From Mobula birostris (taxonomy: Eukaryota): a stretch of DNA of 64,000 nucleotides. The stretch spans positions 12,798,316 to 12,862,315 of the forward strand of contig NC_092384.1 of assembly GCF_030028105.1 (NCBI RefSeq). Direction: 5' to 3'. Position 1 is the first letter of the stretch. Each line of letters starts with the position of its first letter. Made by a program: the position numbers and the translations under genes. The notes under the pieces are model-generated. The model was given only the letters and a program-made list of their open reading frames with translations. It did no database searches and was not told where the DNA came from. Of this stretch, positions 62,770 to 64,000 are shown piece after piece.

Positions 62770-64000
62770 TAATTCCATTAAAATGCTAAATGTCACATTT
62801 ATCCTCTGAGTATGAAGATCAAATTTTTCAATACGTTATAATCAATTTAACATTGAGGAACCATTTAGAATTGCAATGGACATCACAATGGCATGAGAGG
62901 GTAACCGGCCAATGTTGACTGGAAAAGGACAATAGAGAGAAGAACAGCAGTGTAGCAATGGCTGAAGCTTCTGCAAAAAAGAGAGAAGTGCAAGAAAGAT
63001 ATATCCCAAATAAGAAGAAATTTTCGAATGGAAGAAGGACACCACTGTAGCTGACAAGTGAAGTCAGACCAAAGTAAAAGCAAAAGAGAGGGCATACAAG
63101 GAAGCCAAAGGTAGTGGGAAGATACATGATCAGGGAGCTTTTAAAAACCTGTAAAAGGAAACTAAAAAGGTCATTGGGAAGGAAAAGATGAATTATGAGA
63201 GGAAACTGGTGACTAATATCAAAGAATATACCAAAAGCTTTTTTAAGTATATAAAGGGTAAAAGAGAGTTGAGGGTAGATATAGGACCAATAGAAAAAGG
63301 CGCTCGAGATATTGTAATGAGAGATGCAGAGATGGCAGAGGAACTGAATGCGCATTTTGCCACAGTGGAAGACGTCTGCAGTATACCGGACATTCAACAG
63401 TGTCAGGGAGGTGAAGTATGTGCAGTGAAAATTACGACTAAGGTGCTCATGAAGCTTAATGGTCTGAGGGTGGATAAATCTCCTGGACCTGATGGAATGC
63501 ACACTCATGTTCTTAAGGAAGTAGCTGGAGAGACTGTTGCGGCATTAACAATGATCTTTCAAAAATCGATAGGTTCTGGCATTGTAGCAGATGACTGGAA
63601 AATTGCAAATATTACTCTGCTATTTATGAAGGGTGGGAGGCAGCAGAAAGGAAACTATGGACCTGCTAGCCTGACATCAGTGGTTGGGAGGTTGTTGGAA
63701 TCAGTTGTTAGGGATGAGATTGTGGAGTACCTGGAGACACATGACAAGATAGGCCAAAGCCAGCAATGTTTCCTGAAAGAAAAATCCTGCCTGACTAACC
63801 CACTGTATTTTTATTAAGAAATTACAAGCAGGGTAGACAAAGGAGATGTAGTGGATGTGGTGTACTTGGGGTTGCAGAAGACCTTTGACAGGGTGCCGCA
63901 CTTGAGGCTGCTTATGAGGACTGGAGGGTGGCTAATGTAACCCTGCTTTTTAAAAAAGGAGGGAAAGAGAAACCGGGGAATTATAGACCGGTTAGCCTAA
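62770..64000 (+). mobile_element. CR1 LINE ORF2 fragment, running off the window end
   Basis: ORF 63188..63817: TKSFFKYIKGKR...RVDKSPGPDGMH...WKIANITLLF...SCLTNP. Confidence 0.9.

Overview
Repeat-rich vertebrate genomic DNA, most likely from a cartilaginous fish and probably a ray or skate, judged from the CR1, Rex1/Babar, Penelope, V-SINE and Gypsy repeat complement. Most ORF-track entries are transposon debris or chance ORFs. Two spliced + strand immunoglobulin-superfamily genes can be rebuilt exon by exon from GT-AG sites and conserved phases. Gene A (11348-17580, 7 coding exons, 355 aa): leader, germline-joined VJ-type V domain, C1 domain, uncharged transmembrane segment and a tail with four ITIM/ITSM-type tyrosines. 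Gene B (about 40388-43285 plus an unresolved last exon): leader, VJ-type V, a paralogous C1, a transmembrane segment carrying a lysine, and apparently a very short tail. Together they look like an inhibitory/activating paired-receptor set of non-rearranging, antigen-receptor-like V-C1 molecules (SIRP-like or VJC1/PRARP-like) with unusually compact V domains. The rest is nested mobile DNA: a complete but inactivated 4.3-kb Gypsy element, four solo LTRs, a Tc1 element with an RTE insert, a 9.1-kb hAT-Charlie element holding several later insertions, Penelope fragments with hammerhead-like motifs, and many LINE fragments. There is one 129-N assembly gap.
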